This document shows positions 51,216 through 63,521 of a DNA stretch of 64,000 nt, piece by piece. The first letter of the stretch is position 1; the number at the start of each line of letters is the position of its first letter. This DNA comes from Arenicellales bacterium. GTDB lineage: Bacteria > Pseudomonadota > Gammaproteobacteria > Arenicellales > JAJDZL01. Under the pieces are notes generated by a model. It was not told the DNA's origin. It saw nothing but the letters and a program-made list of their open reading frames with translations, and searched no databases. The DNA lies in the NCBI GenBank assembly GCA_958295885.1, contig OY282380.1, forward strand, positions 1,884,082-1,948,081. The letters are read 5' to 3'. A program made the translations under genes and the position numbers.

Positions 51216-52487
51216 TCAGTCTCCATCTCTCCAGTTTGCAGGCAGCTGTTTCTGAACCAGCTGGTTTTTCAGTCTGACATACTGCGGCAGGCCATCTTTG
51301 TAGGGTGGATAGTCTTCACCGTGAATCAATGGCTGAAGATACCGGCGGGCTTGATCGGTAATGCCGAATCCATCTTCCGAGATAAAGTCTCGCGGCAGCA
51401 TTTTTTCCTGATTGGCGACCTTGTGCAGCTCCGCAGCAGCGATGTCCCATTCATACGGTTCATCTGACAGTCGTCGAATTGCGGGCATAAAACCGGACCG
51501 TCCGCTGACCGCATACTCAACGCCCGCTTGACCGACGGCGTAGGCCTGTTCCGCATCTGTCTTAGAAGCGATGTGGCGGGCTGATCTCTGCAGATAGTCT
51601 GCGATCGCGTAGTGATACTTGAGTCCAAGATCCTCTTTGACCATATTTGCCACAACGGAAGCGACGCCCCCAAGCTGCGCATGTCCAAAAGCGTCCCGCG
51701 TGCCTTGATCCGATAAAAATACGCCATTCTCATCTCGCACTCCTTCCGATACCACAATGGACACATAACCATTTGCCCGTTCCATGTCACTGACTCTCTG
51801 AATGAACCGGCCGCGCTCAAACGGAATTTCTGGAAACAGTATGATCAGTGGAATGCTGTTCGTAGAATCGGCTGCAAGACCGCCCGCAGCAGCGATCCAT
51901 CCTGCATGACGTCCCATTACTTCAATAATGAATACTTTTGTGGAGGTCCGCGCCATTGAGGCAACGTCAAAACTGGCTTCACGAGTTGAAGTCGCGATGT
52001 ATTTGGCAACAGAACCAAAGCCCGGACAGCAGTCCGTAATTGCAAGGTCATTGTCGACGGTTTTCGGAATGTGATTCACCGTGACGTTTCCCATGCGGAC
52101 CTTGAGCTGCTGGGCGAGCTTTAAGCACGTATCCGCAGAATCCCCGCCTCCGTTGTACAGAACGTGGCGAATGTCGTATCGCTCGCAGACATCGACAACG
52201 CGCTTGAACTCAGTTTTCTGAATGTCCGGATCCTGCAGTTTATATCGACAGGTCCCAAATGCTCCAGAGGGAGTATGACGAATCGCCCGAATGGCTTCTG
52301 GAGATTCCAAGCTCGTATCGATGAGTTCTTCGTTGAGAACGCCGAGGATTCCATCTTTCCCGGCATACACTTTGTGAATGGTCTCGGGATATCTGCGCGC
52401 GGTCTCAATGACCGCTGCCGCTGTAATGTTGATGACGGAGGTAACTCCGCCGGACTGAGCGTATAGAAGATTTCCAGGTGTTGTCAT
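51216..52487 (-). CDS. pfp: 6-phosphofructokinase, PPi-dependent signature
   Basis: AQSGG, GGGDS (Asp of PPi-type enzymes), PKTVDND, EVMGRHAGW. Confidence 0.9.
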   Translation of the reverse strand: MTTPGNLLYAQSGGVTSVINITAAAVIETARRYPETIHKVYAGKDGILGVLNEELIDTSLESPEAIRAIRHTPSGAFGTCRYKLQDPDIQKTEFKRVVDVCERYDIRHVLYNGGGDSADTCLKLAQQLKVRMGNVTVNHIPKTVDNDLAITDCCPGFGSVAKYIATSTREASFDVASMARTSTKVFIIEVMGRHAGWIAAAGGLAADSTNSIPLIILFPEIPFERGRFIQRVSDMERANGYVSIVVSEGVRDENGVFLSDQGTRDAFGHAQLGGVASVVANMVKEDLGLKYHYAIADYLQRSARHIASKTDAEQAYAVGQAGVEYAVSGRSGFMPAIRRLSDEPYEWDIAAAELHKVANQEKMLPRDFISEDGFGITDQARRYLQPLIHGEDYPPYKDGLPQYVRLKNQLVQKQLPANWRDGD

Positions 52488-52511
52488 TTGAATTGATTTC
52501 TTAAGAAAATA

Positions 52512-52874
52512 TTAACCAAGGTCAGCTCCCGTCGAGCCTGAATAGACACCATGTGTTTCACGAGCATGATCGGCTTCGTCTCTCAATAGAGAAGACGCGC
52601 AGTTGATCACGTCCGAATACTCATTGTGCTTCTCTGGAAACTGTTCATGGGGATTATAGAAATACCGACCATGAAATCGACTTTGATCCATTTTGATTAC
52701 GATGAAGTTGCAGCCCAAGGCGTTCCAGAAAATTGCCGGTCGCTCAACGATGTCACGATCGCTGAGATCGGGCTGAACTTCACAGTCCGCCAAATGGATT
52801 TCAATTTCCTCCTTGTAGCGGCGATACAGAGCATCTTGAACTGCCTCTAATTCTGAATCGGTGAAGTCTGTCAT
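52512..52874 (-). CDS. Hypothetical protein
   Basis: 120-aa acidic ORF in tandem with pfp. Confidence 0.7.
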   Translation of the reverse strand: MTDFTDSELEAVQDALYRRYKEEIEIHLADCEVQPDLSDRDIVERPAIFWNALGCNFIVIKMDQSRFHGRYFYNPHEQFPEKHNEYSDVINCASSLLRDEADHARETHGVYSGSTGADLG

Positions 52875-52995
52875 AATTTTGAATTATAAAGCGGTGTTTG
52901 CAGCGATCAATTTTCGATGTGCCGTGAAAATTCCGATTACAATGATTCCTATATTGGTGCGTCTGCGCCTAGTTTTCAACAATTGATGGAGAGAA

Positions 52996-54737
<1,742 letters not shown>

Positions 54738-54767
54738 ATCACATTTCGCGGAATTAGGTGAACAGAG

Positions 54768-55136
54768 TTGAAAGGTTTAAAGCCAACCGAAATCAAGCTG
54801 CATAAGCAGTCTCGAATATTGGAAATCACGTTCAATAACGGGAAAGCCTTCCACTTGAGCTGCGAATACCTCCGTGTGTACTCGCCGTCGGCTGAAGTAC
54901 AGGGGCACGGCCCTGGACAGGAAGTTCTTCAGTACGGAAAAGAGCGGGTTAACATTTGGGCGATAGAGCCCGTCGGTCATTATGCAGTGATTTTTAAATT
55001 TGATGATGGGCATGACACCGGGATTTATTCGTGGGATTTGCTCTATGAGCTCGGCGTCAACCAAAGTCGGTACTGGCAGGCTTACCTGAAGCGGTTGGAA
55101 CAGGCCGGTTATCAGCGTAAAGATCAGTCGCATTGA
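54768..55136 (+). CDS. DUF971 / GBBH-like N-terminal domain protein
   Basis: EYLRVYSPSAEVQGH, VGHYA, FDDGHDTGIYSW. Confidence 0.88.
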   Translation: MKGLKPTEIKLHKQSRILEITFNNGKAFHLSCEYLRVYSPSAEVQGHGPGQEVLQYGKERVNIWAIEPVGHYAVIFKFDDGHDTGIYSWDLLYELGVNQSRYWQAYLKRLEQAGYQRKDQSH

Positions 55137-55143
55137 CCCCATC

Positions 55144-55905
55144 ATGACAGTCAGAGAAACGCGCGAAGATTCTACACACTTCGGGTTCAGCACCGTAAGT
55201 GAATCCGAGAAAAATAGTCTTGTGTCGGAAGTGTTCAGTTCGGTTTCGAATCGGTATGATCTGATGAACGACCTGATGTCCTTCGGCATCCATCGAATAT
55301 GGAAGCGTCTGGCCATTGCCTATGGAGGAATTCGGCACGGCAGTCAGGTTCTGGACGTAGCAGGTGGTACGGGTGACATGAGCCTCGCCATCGCGAAAAA
55401 GTTAGGGGACCAGGGCAGGATCGTATTGACGGACATTAATGATTCGATGCTGCGCTTGGGTCAGGACAGACTGATTGATCATGGCTTCTTGGACAAACTG
55501 CTTTGTGTGCAGTGTGACGCCGAAAATCTGGTTTTTGAAGAAGACAGTTTCGATTGTGTGATGATCTCCTTTGGTTTGCGAAACGTTACGCGGATGGACC
55601 GGGCCTTGGCCTCCATGTTTCGCGTAACGCGTGTTGGAGGCCGATTGGTCATACTCGAATTTTCGAAACCTGTCATTCCACTTCTTGAAAAAATTTACGA
55701 TCGGTACTCTTTTGAAGTGATTCCCCGCCTGGGTGAGATGGTGGCGGGAGATCGACAGAGCTATCAGTATCTGGTCGAATCGATTCGTAAACATCCAGAT
55801 CAGGAAAAACTCGCAGACATGATGGCTGACGCGGGGTTTGAACGGATTCAGTATCACAATTTAACTGGAGGCATCGTTGCGCTTCATATCGGCTGGAAGC
55901 TGTAG
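55144..55905 (+). CDS. ubiE: Ubiquinone/menaquinone C-methyltransferase
   Basis: YDLMNDLMSFGIHRIWK, LDVAGGTGD, FGLRNV, YLVESI. Confidence 0.97.
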   Translation: MTVRETREDSTHFGFSTVSESEKNSLVSEVFSSVSNRYDLMNDLMSFGIHRIWKRLAIAYGGIRHGSQVLDVAGGTGDMSLAIAKKLGDQGRIVLTDINDSMLRLGQDRLIDHGFLDKLLCVQCDAENLVFEEDSFDCVMISFGLRNVTRMDRALASMFRVTRVGGRLVILEFSKPVIPLLEKIYDRYSFEVIPRLGEMVAGDRQSYQYLVESIRKHPDQEKLADMMADAGFERIQYHNLTGGIVALHIGWKL

Positions 55906-55918
55906 CAGCGGGTTCTGA

Positions 55919-56539
55919 ATGTCAAATCCATATGTGAATTATGTAAAGGTTCACTTTTCAGATGCGCTGACAGGTGCGATCAATGCGGCCGCTGAAACAA
56001 GCCCTGAACTGAGACTTTGCATCGCTGAGCTTGAAGGGCGGCGAGTAGGAGTCGAAGTCACTGATTTTCACCTTTCCATTACGCTGAGTGTCGTAGACAG
56101 CTTGGTTTTGGTGAACGATGGACCGCATCAGAAAGAGCCTGACCTCCTTTTTCGAGGAACCGCCGCGAATCTGCTCAAGGTAATCGCTTCAGGAGACTGG
56201 GATCCGAAAGTACTTGAAAATATCGAGATTGTCGGCGATGTTCAATTGGCACAAAAACTGTACAGGCTCCTTAAGAAGATCAATTTTGACTGGGAAGAAG
56301 AAGTTGCCAAGCGGCTCGGTGACGTTCCAGCGCGACAGGTTGGAAATTTCGTTCGTTGGTGCAGGCGAACGATTCTTGCGGACGATTCGCCATTCAGGCA
56401 GCAGGTGCGAACTAAACTTGTGGACGAGAACTACATTCTTCCCGAGCAGTCGCGGGTTGAACGTTTTCTTGATGAGGTTGATCATATCCAGGAGGATCTC
56501 GACCGATTGGAAAAACGCTTGGACCGACTGTCCAAATGA
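55919..56539 (+). CDS. ubiJ: Ubiquinone biosynthesis accessory factor (SCP2 domain)
   Basis: Between ubiE and ubiB; IVGDVQLA, DWEEE...GD, C-terminal coiled coil. Confidence 0.85.
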   Translation: MSNPYVNYVKVHFSDALTGAINAAAETSPELRLCIAELEGRRVGVEVTDFHLSITLSVVDSLVLVNDGPHQKEPDLLFRGTAANLLKVIASGDWDPKVLENIEIVGDVQLAQKLYRLLKKINFDWEEEVAKRLGDVPARQVGNFVRWCRRTILADDSPFRQQVRTKLVDENYILPEQSRVERFLDEVDHIQEDLDRLEKRLDRLSK

Positions 56540-56552
56540 CGATTGAGCTGAA

Positions 56553-58175
56553 ATGCTGCCTGCACTGAAGAGAATCTGGGAAATTGCTCGCGTCATACGC
56601 AGGCACGGCCTTGATGCGGAGCTCGACCCCCATCTTCGGTATCCTGCTGCAAAAGTGCTGCTCCGCATGCTGTTCGGTCGTTCCAAATACGATGTCGACA
56701 GTCCGTTTGCGGTTCGACTGCGACAGGCATTGCAGGAACTAGGCCCCATTTTTGTGAAGTTCGGTCAGAGTTTATCCACTCGAGCCGATCTTTTTCCGAG
56801 TGATCTGATTCAGGAAATGAGCATTCTCCAGGATCAGGTGCCGCCATTTGACAGCAGCGAAGCTCGATCCATCATCGAAAGATCGCTCGGAAACCCGATC
56901 AATTCCGTTTTTCAGGAATTTGATGATATTTCAATCGCGTCCGCATCGGTTGCCCAGGTTCATCGCGCAACTTTGTCAGGCGGTGAAGAAGTCGTTGTCA
57001 AAGTCCTGCGGCCGGGAATCGCAGAGCAGATTGACTTGGACATCAAAGTGATGAAGCTGCTTGCAAACGTGCTGGAGTTCTTGTGGCCGCATACCAGGAA
57101 CTATCGCGCCAAAGATGTAATTCAGTCCTATTACGATACACTGTCCGACGGATTGGACCTGATGGTGGAAGCGGCCAATGCGAACTTCTTCCGAAAGCGA
57201 TTTGAGAATGATGAATTCCTGCGGGTGCCTGGCATCTACTGGAATCTCACCCGAACCGATGTAATGGTGATGGAGCGGGTCGGTGGAATTCCAATCCGCG
57301 ATGTGGAGGAGTTGAAGTCTGCATCCGTCGACTTGAAGAAGCTGACTCAAAATCTTGTCAGTTCGTTCTTTGTTCAAGCTTTTTACGATGGTTTTTTTCA
57401 TGCTGATCTTCACCCGGGAAATTTGTTCGTGACCGAGTCCGGTCAGCTGAACATCGTCGATTTTGGAATCATGGGAAGTCTCACTGAACAGGATCGAGGT
57501 TATCTGGCGGAAAACATCACAGCCATACTGCGGCGGGATTACAAAACCGTCGGAGAAGCGCATATTCGCTCTGGCTGGACGCCGCCCGACATTTCGATTG
57601 AAAAGTTTGAAGTTCGAATTCGCACCGTCTGCGAACCGTTTGTCGGCCAGCCGATTGGCGAGGTTTCATTCGGTCTGCTTATGGGCCGTCTGTTTCGGAT
57701 CGCACGCGATTTCAATATCAACATTCAGCCTCAGCTGCTGATGTTTCAGCAGACTTACGTAAACCTCGAAGGGCTGACAAGGTCTTTGGACTCAGAAATT
57801 GATATTGCGGGCACCGTTCGCCCGGTTTTGGAGAGCTGGGTTCGTCAGCGCGCTGGAATCGCCAGCTTAGGTTCCAGCATTAAGTCGGAAGCGCCGCATT
57901 GGATTGGCGCTGCCCCGGAAATTCCACGACTCGTTCACAGCGTCCTGCTGCACATGCATAGAAATCAAATACAGAATCCGGCAGGCAGAAAGCAGGGTGC
58001 GCTAAATGAATTCGAAAACATCTATGGGAAACTGTTTTTCGGTGTGCTTGGCGCTGCGCTTTTGACCGGAGCTGCGCTTGACTGGAGCTGGGATGGATTT
58101 GGATTTTCGACGTTTGTGCTGGGAATTGGTTCCGCGATCTGCCTGAAAATGGCTTGGCCTCAAAAACGGCGCTAG
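56553..58175 (+). CDS. ubiB: Ubiquinone biosynthesis kinase-like protein
   Basis: LGPIFVKFGQ, ASASVAQVH, FFHADLHPGN, DFGIMG. Confidence 0.95.
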   Translation: MLPALKRIWEIARVIRRHGLDAELDPHLRYPAAKVLLRMLFGRSKYDVDSPFAVRLRQALQELGPIFVKFGQSLSTRADLFPSDLIQEMSILQDQVPPFDSSEARSIIERSLGNPINSVFQEFDDISIASASVAQVHRATLSGGEEVVVKVLRPGIAEQIDLDIKVMKLLANVLEFLWPHTRNYRAKDVIQSYYDTLSDGLDLMVEAANANFFRKRFENDEFLRVPGIYWNLTRTDVMVMERVGGIPIRDVEELKSASVDLKKLTQNLVSSFFVQAFYDGFFHADLHPGNLFVTESGQLNIVDFGIMGSLTEQDRGYLAENITAILRRDYKTVGEAHIRSGWTPPDISIEKFEVRIRTVCEPFVGQPIGEVSFGLLMGRLFRIARDFNINIQPQLLMFQQTYVNLEGLTRSLDSEIDIAGTVRPVLESWVRQRAGIASLGSSIKSEAPHWIGAAPEIPRLVHSVLLHMHRNQIQNPAGRKQGALNEFENIYGKLFFGVLGAALLTGAALDWSWDGFGFSTFVLGIGSAICLKMAWPQKRR

Positions 58176-60523
58176 TTGATTTCAATTTTCATTTTCTGCA
58201 GCCGCAGAGAGTTGCCAATGACGGAAACCGATGAAAGGCTCATGGCGGCAGCGGCAAATACCGGTGACAGAAGTATTCCAAAGAATGGGTACAGAACGCC
58301 GGCGGCGATCGGGACGCCCGCCAGGTTGTAAGCAAAGGCGAACCATAAGTTCTGCCGGATGTTTTTCATGGTCGCTTCAGCGATCACTCTCGCTCGGACA
58401 ATATTCTGCAGATCACTGTTGGGTATCGTCAAGTCTGCGCATTCCAATGAAACGTCGGAACCGCTGCCCATGGCGAATCCCACTTCTGCTTGAATCAGTG
58501 CAGGTGCATCATTGACGCCATCTCCAGCCATGGCGACAGGATGATCTTTTTGAATCTTCCTGACGATGTTCACTTTGTCCTCTGGCAGCGCTCCCGCATA
58601 AACTTCTTCTATCCCACACTTTGCAGCGATGGCGTTGGCGGTATCCGCGTGATCTCCGGTGACCATGATCACCGTTATTCCTCGATTCTGCAGTGATCGA
58701 ATCGCATCCGGAGTTGTCTCTTTTATGGTGTCTGCGATTTCAAACATGCCTTGAAGTTCGTTTTCGACAGAAAGGTAAACCAGGCTGCTCTCAGGATTTT
58801 TCTGTTGAATGGATGATGTAAAGGACTCAAAATTCCCGACCCCTGTGTGTGTCATGAATCGAGCGTTGCCAAGAGCGATTCGTTTGCTGTCAACCTGCCC
58901 CGTAATGCCCAATCCCGGCAGCGCTTCAAACTGATCGGTGACCAAGGTCGGCACGCCTTTGTCTTGTGCTGCGTTCACGATTGCCTGGGACAGCGGGTGC
59001 TCGCTGGCGCGGCAGACTGCAGCGGCGTAAGACAGGATTTGGTCGGAATCTGATCGTTCCGTACCGATGTGTATCAGCTTCGGTTTGCCGACGGTCAGGG
59101 TGCCCGTCTTATCGACGACGAGGGTTTTGACTTTTGACAGCACTTCCAGTGCCGCTGCGTCCTTTACAAGTATGCCTTCTCGAACCGCGCGGCCGACCGA
59201 AACGGTCACAGACATGGGCGTTGCGAGTCCAAGCGCGCAGGGACAGGCAATGATCAGGATGGATACAAATACGACAAGCGCGAAATTGGGCGCTGGTTCC
59301 GGTCCATAGTTCAGCCACAGCACGAAGCTCACCACAGCAACCAACATGACGACTGGAACGAACCAGGAGGCGACAAAATCGGCGAGTCGCTGAATCGGCG
59401 CTTGGCTCATCTGCGCTCTTGCAACCATGTGGATCATTTGAGACAGTATCGTGTCGGACTGCGCATGCTTAACGCGCATCACAAACGATCCGGTTCCGTT
59501 CATGGTGCCTGCATGAACCGGGTCTCCAACCAGCTTCTCGACGGGAATGGATTCGCCGCTCAGAAGTGATTCATCAACACTGGATGTTCCCTGATGGACG
59601 GTGCCGTCAGCGGGCACGTGCTCGCCCGGACGCACCTGAAGTAAGTCTCCCCTGAAAATCTGCTCAATATCGATTTCTTCAAGTTCACCATTTTCCTTGA
59701 GTCTCATGGCGGTTTGGGGTGTTAGTTCCAAAAGAGATTGAATTGCTATTTTTGTTCGTTCTCGCCCCTTCAATTCGAGCACTTGCCCTAACAGCACAAG
59801 CAGAATGATCGCCGCTGAGACTTCAAAATAAACGCCGAACTGCCCGTCAATAGTGCTGAAAACCGGACGAAAAAATTCCGGAAACAGCACGACCGAGATG
59901 CTGACCAGATAAGCGGTGCCTGAACCCAGTGCGATCAAGCTGAACATATTCAGTGATCGATTGCGCACTGACGCCCAGCCTCGTTGAAAAAATGGCAGCC
60001 CGCACCAAAGCACAATGGGCGTGGAAAGGATCAGCTGCAGCCAATGGGAAGTCGAATCTGGGATCAGCCGGGATGAGAGCAGACCAATATGAGGTCCCAT
60101 AGAGAGAATTAAAATTGGAATTCCGAACAGCAGTCCCAGCTTGAATCGCCTGGTAAAGTCGATGAGTTCCGGATTTTCCTGATCGCGATCGAGTGATGGC
60201 ACCATGGGTTCGAGGGCCATGCCACAGATTGGACAGTCAGCCGGACCGCTTTCAACAATCTCTGGATGCATCGGGCATGTGTAGTCAGTACCCGCTGCGG
60301 TTTTACCCAGAGAGACGTTGGAGGCCGATTCTGGGACTTCGTCACGCTGCTGCAGATACTGATCGGGATTATTTTCAAATTTTGTTCGACAGCCGCTGCA
60401 GCAGAACCAGTAAGTCTGATCCATGTAACTGAAAGAATGCGCTGATGTTTCTGGATTCACGAACATACCGCACACTGGGTCGCGGGGTTCTTGAGATTTC
60501 TCAGTCGAACTGCAGCTGGTCAT
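58172..60523 (-). CDS. Cu+/Ag+-type P1B ATPase with YHS domain
   Basis: DPVCGM/YHS, YTCPMHP, CPC, DKTGT, GDGVND, YN and MSLSS motifs. Confidence 0.93.
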   Translation of the reverse strand: MTSCSSTEKSQEPRDPVCGMFVNPETSAHSFSYMDQTYWFCCSGCRTKFENNPDQYLQQRDEVPESASNVSLGKTAAGTDYTCPMHPEIVESGPADCPICGMALEPMVPSLDRDQENPELIDFTRRFKLGLLFGIPILILSMGPHIGLLSSRLIPDSTSHWLQLILSTPIVLWCGLPFFQRGWASVRNRSLNMFSLIALGSGTAYLVSISVVLFPEFFRPVFSTIDGQFGVYFEVSAAIILLVLLGQVLELKGRERTKIAIQSLLELTPQTAMRLKENGELEEIDIEQIFRGDLLQVRPGEHVPADGTVHQGTSSVDESLLSGESIPVEKLVGDPVHAGTMNGTGSFVMRVKHAQSDTILSQMIHMVARAQMSQAPIQRLADFVASWFVPVVMLVAVVSFVLWLNYGPEPAPNFALVVFVSILIIACPCALGLATPMSVTVSVGRAVREGILVKDAAALEVLSKVKTLVVDKTGTLTVGKPKLIHIGTERSDSDQILSYAAAVCRASEHPLSQAIVNAAQDKGVPTLVTDQFEALPGLGITGQVDSKRIALGNARFMTHTGVGNFESFTSSIQQKNPESSLVYLSVENELQGMFEIADTIKETTPDAIRSLQNRGITVIMVTGDHADTANAIAAKCGIEEVYAGALPEDKVNIVRKIQKDHPVAMAGDGVNDAPALIQAEVGFAMGSGSDVSLECADLTIPNSDLQNIVRARVIAEATMKNIRQNLWFAFAYNLAGVPIAAGVLYPFFGILLSPVFAAAAMSLSSVSVIGNSLRLQKMKIEIN

Positions 60524-60683
60524 GACGATGTACTGTTTGGTTTAGAAAACACGAGTTGAAAGATTGAAATTTTGTTGACTGTCAGCGCTTTTTCATTCTA
60601 TTTTAAGAATTAATCATGCTGGGATTGATTCGTAATAATTGACCGGTTCACGTCTGATGCAGCTGATCCGGCTATCAGTTCGG

Positions 60684-60723
60684 TTGACAATCTTGAAATA
60701 ACCAAGTAAATTACTATGTTATT
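60684..60723 (+). promoter_or_regulatory. iscR-suf promoter with overlapping palindrome (candidate IscR operator)
   Basis: TTGACA-17 bp-TAAATT; AATAAC...GTTATT palindrome at 60697-60723. Confidence 0.55.
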
Positions 60724-60747
60724 ATAAGCGAACCGAGCATACGTAAT

Positions 60748-61257
60748 ATGAGACTGACAACAAAAGGCCGATACGCGGTAACCGCAATGATGGACTTAGC
60801 CTTGCATGAGTCTTCCAGGCATCGAGTTGTGCTGAAGACGATCGCAGAGCATCAAGTAATTTCAGTAACCTATCTTGAGCAGCTTTTTGCAAAACTCAGG
60901 GACAGAGGCTTGGTAATTGGCGTTCGTGGTCCGGGAGGTGGTTATCGTCTGACCCGCCCCGCAAGTGAAATTTCAGTCTATGAAATCATAAGCGCGGTGG
61001 ATGAATCTGTGGATGTTACGAGATGCCATGGGAGGAAAAACTGTCAGGATGGGGAAATCTGCCTGACTCATGAATTGTGGACGCAGCTGAGCGAACAGAT
61101 TTCCAGTTTTCTGGACAATCTTTCACTAGCTGACATTGTGCAGTCAGAGCGCGTACGGACGATTGCTGAACGGCAGTCAATTCTATGTAAAGAAACCGAA
61201 GTGGAAGATTCAAAGCGAGTCGTTTTTTCGGATCCGAAACTTTCAGTGCAACATTAG
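60748..61257 (+). CDS. iscR: Rrf2-family Fe-S regulator
   Basis: MRLTTKGRYAVTAM, YLEQLF, RGPGGGY, three Cys plus His (C..C..CLTH). Confidence 0.92.
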   Translation: MRLTTKGRYAVTAMMDLALHESSRHRVVLKTIAEHQVISVTYLEQLFAKLRDRGLVIGVRGPGGGYRLTRPASEISVYEIISAVDESVDVTRCHGRKNCQDGEICLTHELWTQLSEQISSFLDNLSLADIVQSERVRTIAERQSILCKETEVEDSKRVVFSDPKLSVQH

Positions 61258-61266
61258 GGGAAAATT

Positions 61267-62718
61267 GTGAGATCATCGACTGCTGCTGACATCAGTGAAT
61301 TTGTAAAGCGCGAATACAAGGAAGGATTTGTAACCGACATCGAATCGGATACGTTCCCTCCTGGTTTGAATGAGGATGTCGTAGTCGCGTTATCGGTCAA
61401 AAAGGAAGAGCCCGAATTTATGCGCGGCTGGCGGCTCAAGGCCTACGCTCGCTGGAAAAAAATGAGCGAACCGGTTTGGGCGCACGTCAACTACACACCG
61501 ATAGATTATCAATCCATCAGTTATTACTCCGCTCCGAAGACGGATAAAGATGGTCCGAAGAGTTTGGATGAAGTTGATCCAAAGCTGCTGGAGACGTACG
61601 AGAAACTTGGAATCCCACTGTCAGAGCAGAAAATGCTGGCTGGAGTTGCGGTGGATGCCGTTTTCGACAGTGTTTCGGTCGCCACGACCTTCAAAAAAAC
61701 GCTTGCCGATGCCGGTGTTATTTTCTGTTCTTTCTCTGAAGCAGTGAAAGAACACCCGGAACTGGTCCGCAAGTATTTAGGAAGTGTCGTACCGTCTGGC
61801 GATAATTTTTTCGCTGCGCTGAATTCCGCTGTATTCAGTGACGGTTCGTTTGTTTATGTGCCCAAGGGCGTACGCTGTCCAATGGAACTCTCTACTTATT
61901 TTCGAATCAACGCGATGAATACAGGACAGTTCGAACGTACGCTGATCATTGCCGATGAAGGGAGCTACGTCAGCTATCTGGAGGGATGCACGGCTCCAAT
62001 GCGAGACGAAAATCAGCTGCATGCGGCGGTTGTGGAATTGATCGCTCTGAAAGATGCTCAAATAAAGTACTCAACAGTGCAGAATTGGTATCCAGGCGAT
62101 GCGGAAGGTCGAGGGGGAATCTACAATTTTGTTACGAAGCGAGGCGCCTGCCGCGGTGAAAACGCAAAGATTTCATGGACACAGGTCGAAACCGGGTCTG
62201 CAATTACCTGGAAATACCCAAGCGTGCTGCTCGAAGGCGATCACTCAACGGGTGAATTCTATTCTGTTGCGCTTACCAACAATTACCAGCAGGCGGATAC
62301 CGGAACCAAAATGGTGCATATCGGCCGTGCGACATCAAGCACCATCATTTCGAAGGGTGTATCTGCAGGCCGTGGACAGAATTCATACCGGGGTCTGGTA
62401 CGGATCCTCAAGGGGGCTGAGGATGCGCGAAATTACTCCCAGTGTGATTCTCTTTTGATGGGTGATCGCTGTGGCGCACATACTTTCCCCTACATTGAAG
62501 TGAAAAATCCAACCGCTAAAGTCGAACATGAAGCCACTACTTCGCGCATCAGTGAAGATCAGCTGTTCTACTGCCGACAGCGGGGGCTTTCGGAAGAGGA
62601 TTCAGTGTCTATGATTGTGAATGGCTTCTGCAAAGAAGTGTTCAAAGAGTTACCTATGGAATTTGCCGTTGAAGCCCAGAAACTGCTTGGCATCAGTTTG
62701 GAAGGTGCAGTCGGCTAA
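61267..62718 (+). CDS. sufB: Fe-S assembly protein SufB
   Basis: [34 protein letters not shown]. Confidence 0.97.
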   Translation: MRSSTAADISEFVKREYKEGFVTDIESDTFPPGLNEDVVVALSVKKEEPEFMRGWRLKAYARWKKMSEPVWAHVNYTPIDYQSISYYSAPKTDKDGPKSLDEVDPKLLETYEKLGIPLSEQKMLAGVAVDAVFDSVSVATTFKKTLADAGVIFCSFSEAVKEHPELVRKYLGSVVPSGDNFFAALNSAVFSDGSFVYVPKGVRCPMELSTYFRINAMNTGQFERTLIIADEGSYVSYLEGCTAPMRDENQLHAAVVELIALKDAQIKYSTVQNWYPGDAEGRGGIYNFVTKRGACRGENAKISWTQVETGSAITWKYPSVLLEGDHSTGEFYSVALTNNYQQADTGTKMVHIGRATSSTIISKGVSAGRGQNSYRGLVRILKGAEDARNYSQCDSLLMGDRCGAHTFPYIEVKNPTAKVEHEATTSRISEDQLFYCRQRGLSEEDSVSMIVNGFCKEVFKELPMEFAVEAQKLLGISLEGAVG

Positions 62719-62762
62719 TTTCTTACCGATTTTTTATGAAATTAATTTAAGGACGGGTATTT

Positions 62763-63521
62763 ATGCTGTCTATTCGAAATCTGCACGTCGAAATTGCGAA
62801 CAAGAAAATTCTGAACGGAATCAACCTAAACGTTCAGAATGGTGAGACTCATGCCATCATGGGTCGAAATGGTTCAGGCAAGAGCACGTTGGCGAATGTG
62901 ATTGCCGGAAAACTGGAAGACGGTGTCGACGGCGCAGTTCTGTACGACGGTGTTGATCTGCTTGAACTGGACCCCGAAGAACGTGCGCGGGAAGGCGTCT
63001 TTTTGGCCTTTCAGCATCCAATCGAGATTCCAGGCGTCAACAACATCTATCTCATCAAAGCTGCCGTAAACTCGATTCGCAAGCATCATGGCGAAAGCGA
63101 AGTGGATGCCATCGATTTTCTGAAAATGGTTCGAAAAAAAATGGAGCTGCTCAGCATACCTGAGTCCTTTCTGTATCGATCTGTCAATGACGGGTTTTCC
63201 GGTGGTGAGAAAAAACGCAATGAAATTCTCCAGCTGCTGATGCTTGAACCAAAGTTGGTGATACTGGATGAAACCGACTCAGGACTTGATATCGATGCTC
63301 TCAAAGTCGTTTCAAAGGCAGTTAATTCCTTGAGTAGAGAAGGTCGGTCAACGATCATCGTCACACATTTTCCGCGCATTCTTGACTACATTGTTCCCGA
63401 TTATGTACATGTTCTGGCAGAGGGACAGATTGTCATGTCCGGTGACAAAACTCTGGCTCACGAGCTGGAAAGGTTTGGATATTCGTGGGTAATGCAGCAC
63501 CGACCGGCAGCAGTTGCATGA
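62763..63521 (+). CDS. sufC: Fe-S assembly ATPase SufC
   Basis: GRNGSGKS, FSGGEKKRNE, LDETDSGLD. Confidence 0.97.
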   Translation: MLSIRNLHVEIANKKILNGINLNVQNGETHAIMGRNGSGKSTLANVIAGKLEDGVDGAVLYDGVDLLELDPEERAREGVFLAFQHPIEIPGVNNIYLIKAAVNSIRKHHGESEVDAIDFLKMVRKKMELLSIPESFLYRSVNDGFSGGEKKRNEILQLLMLEPKLVILDETDSGLDIDALKVVSKAVNSLSREGRSTIIVTHFPRILDYIVPDYVHVLAEGQIVMSGDKTLAHELERFGYSWVMQHRPAAVA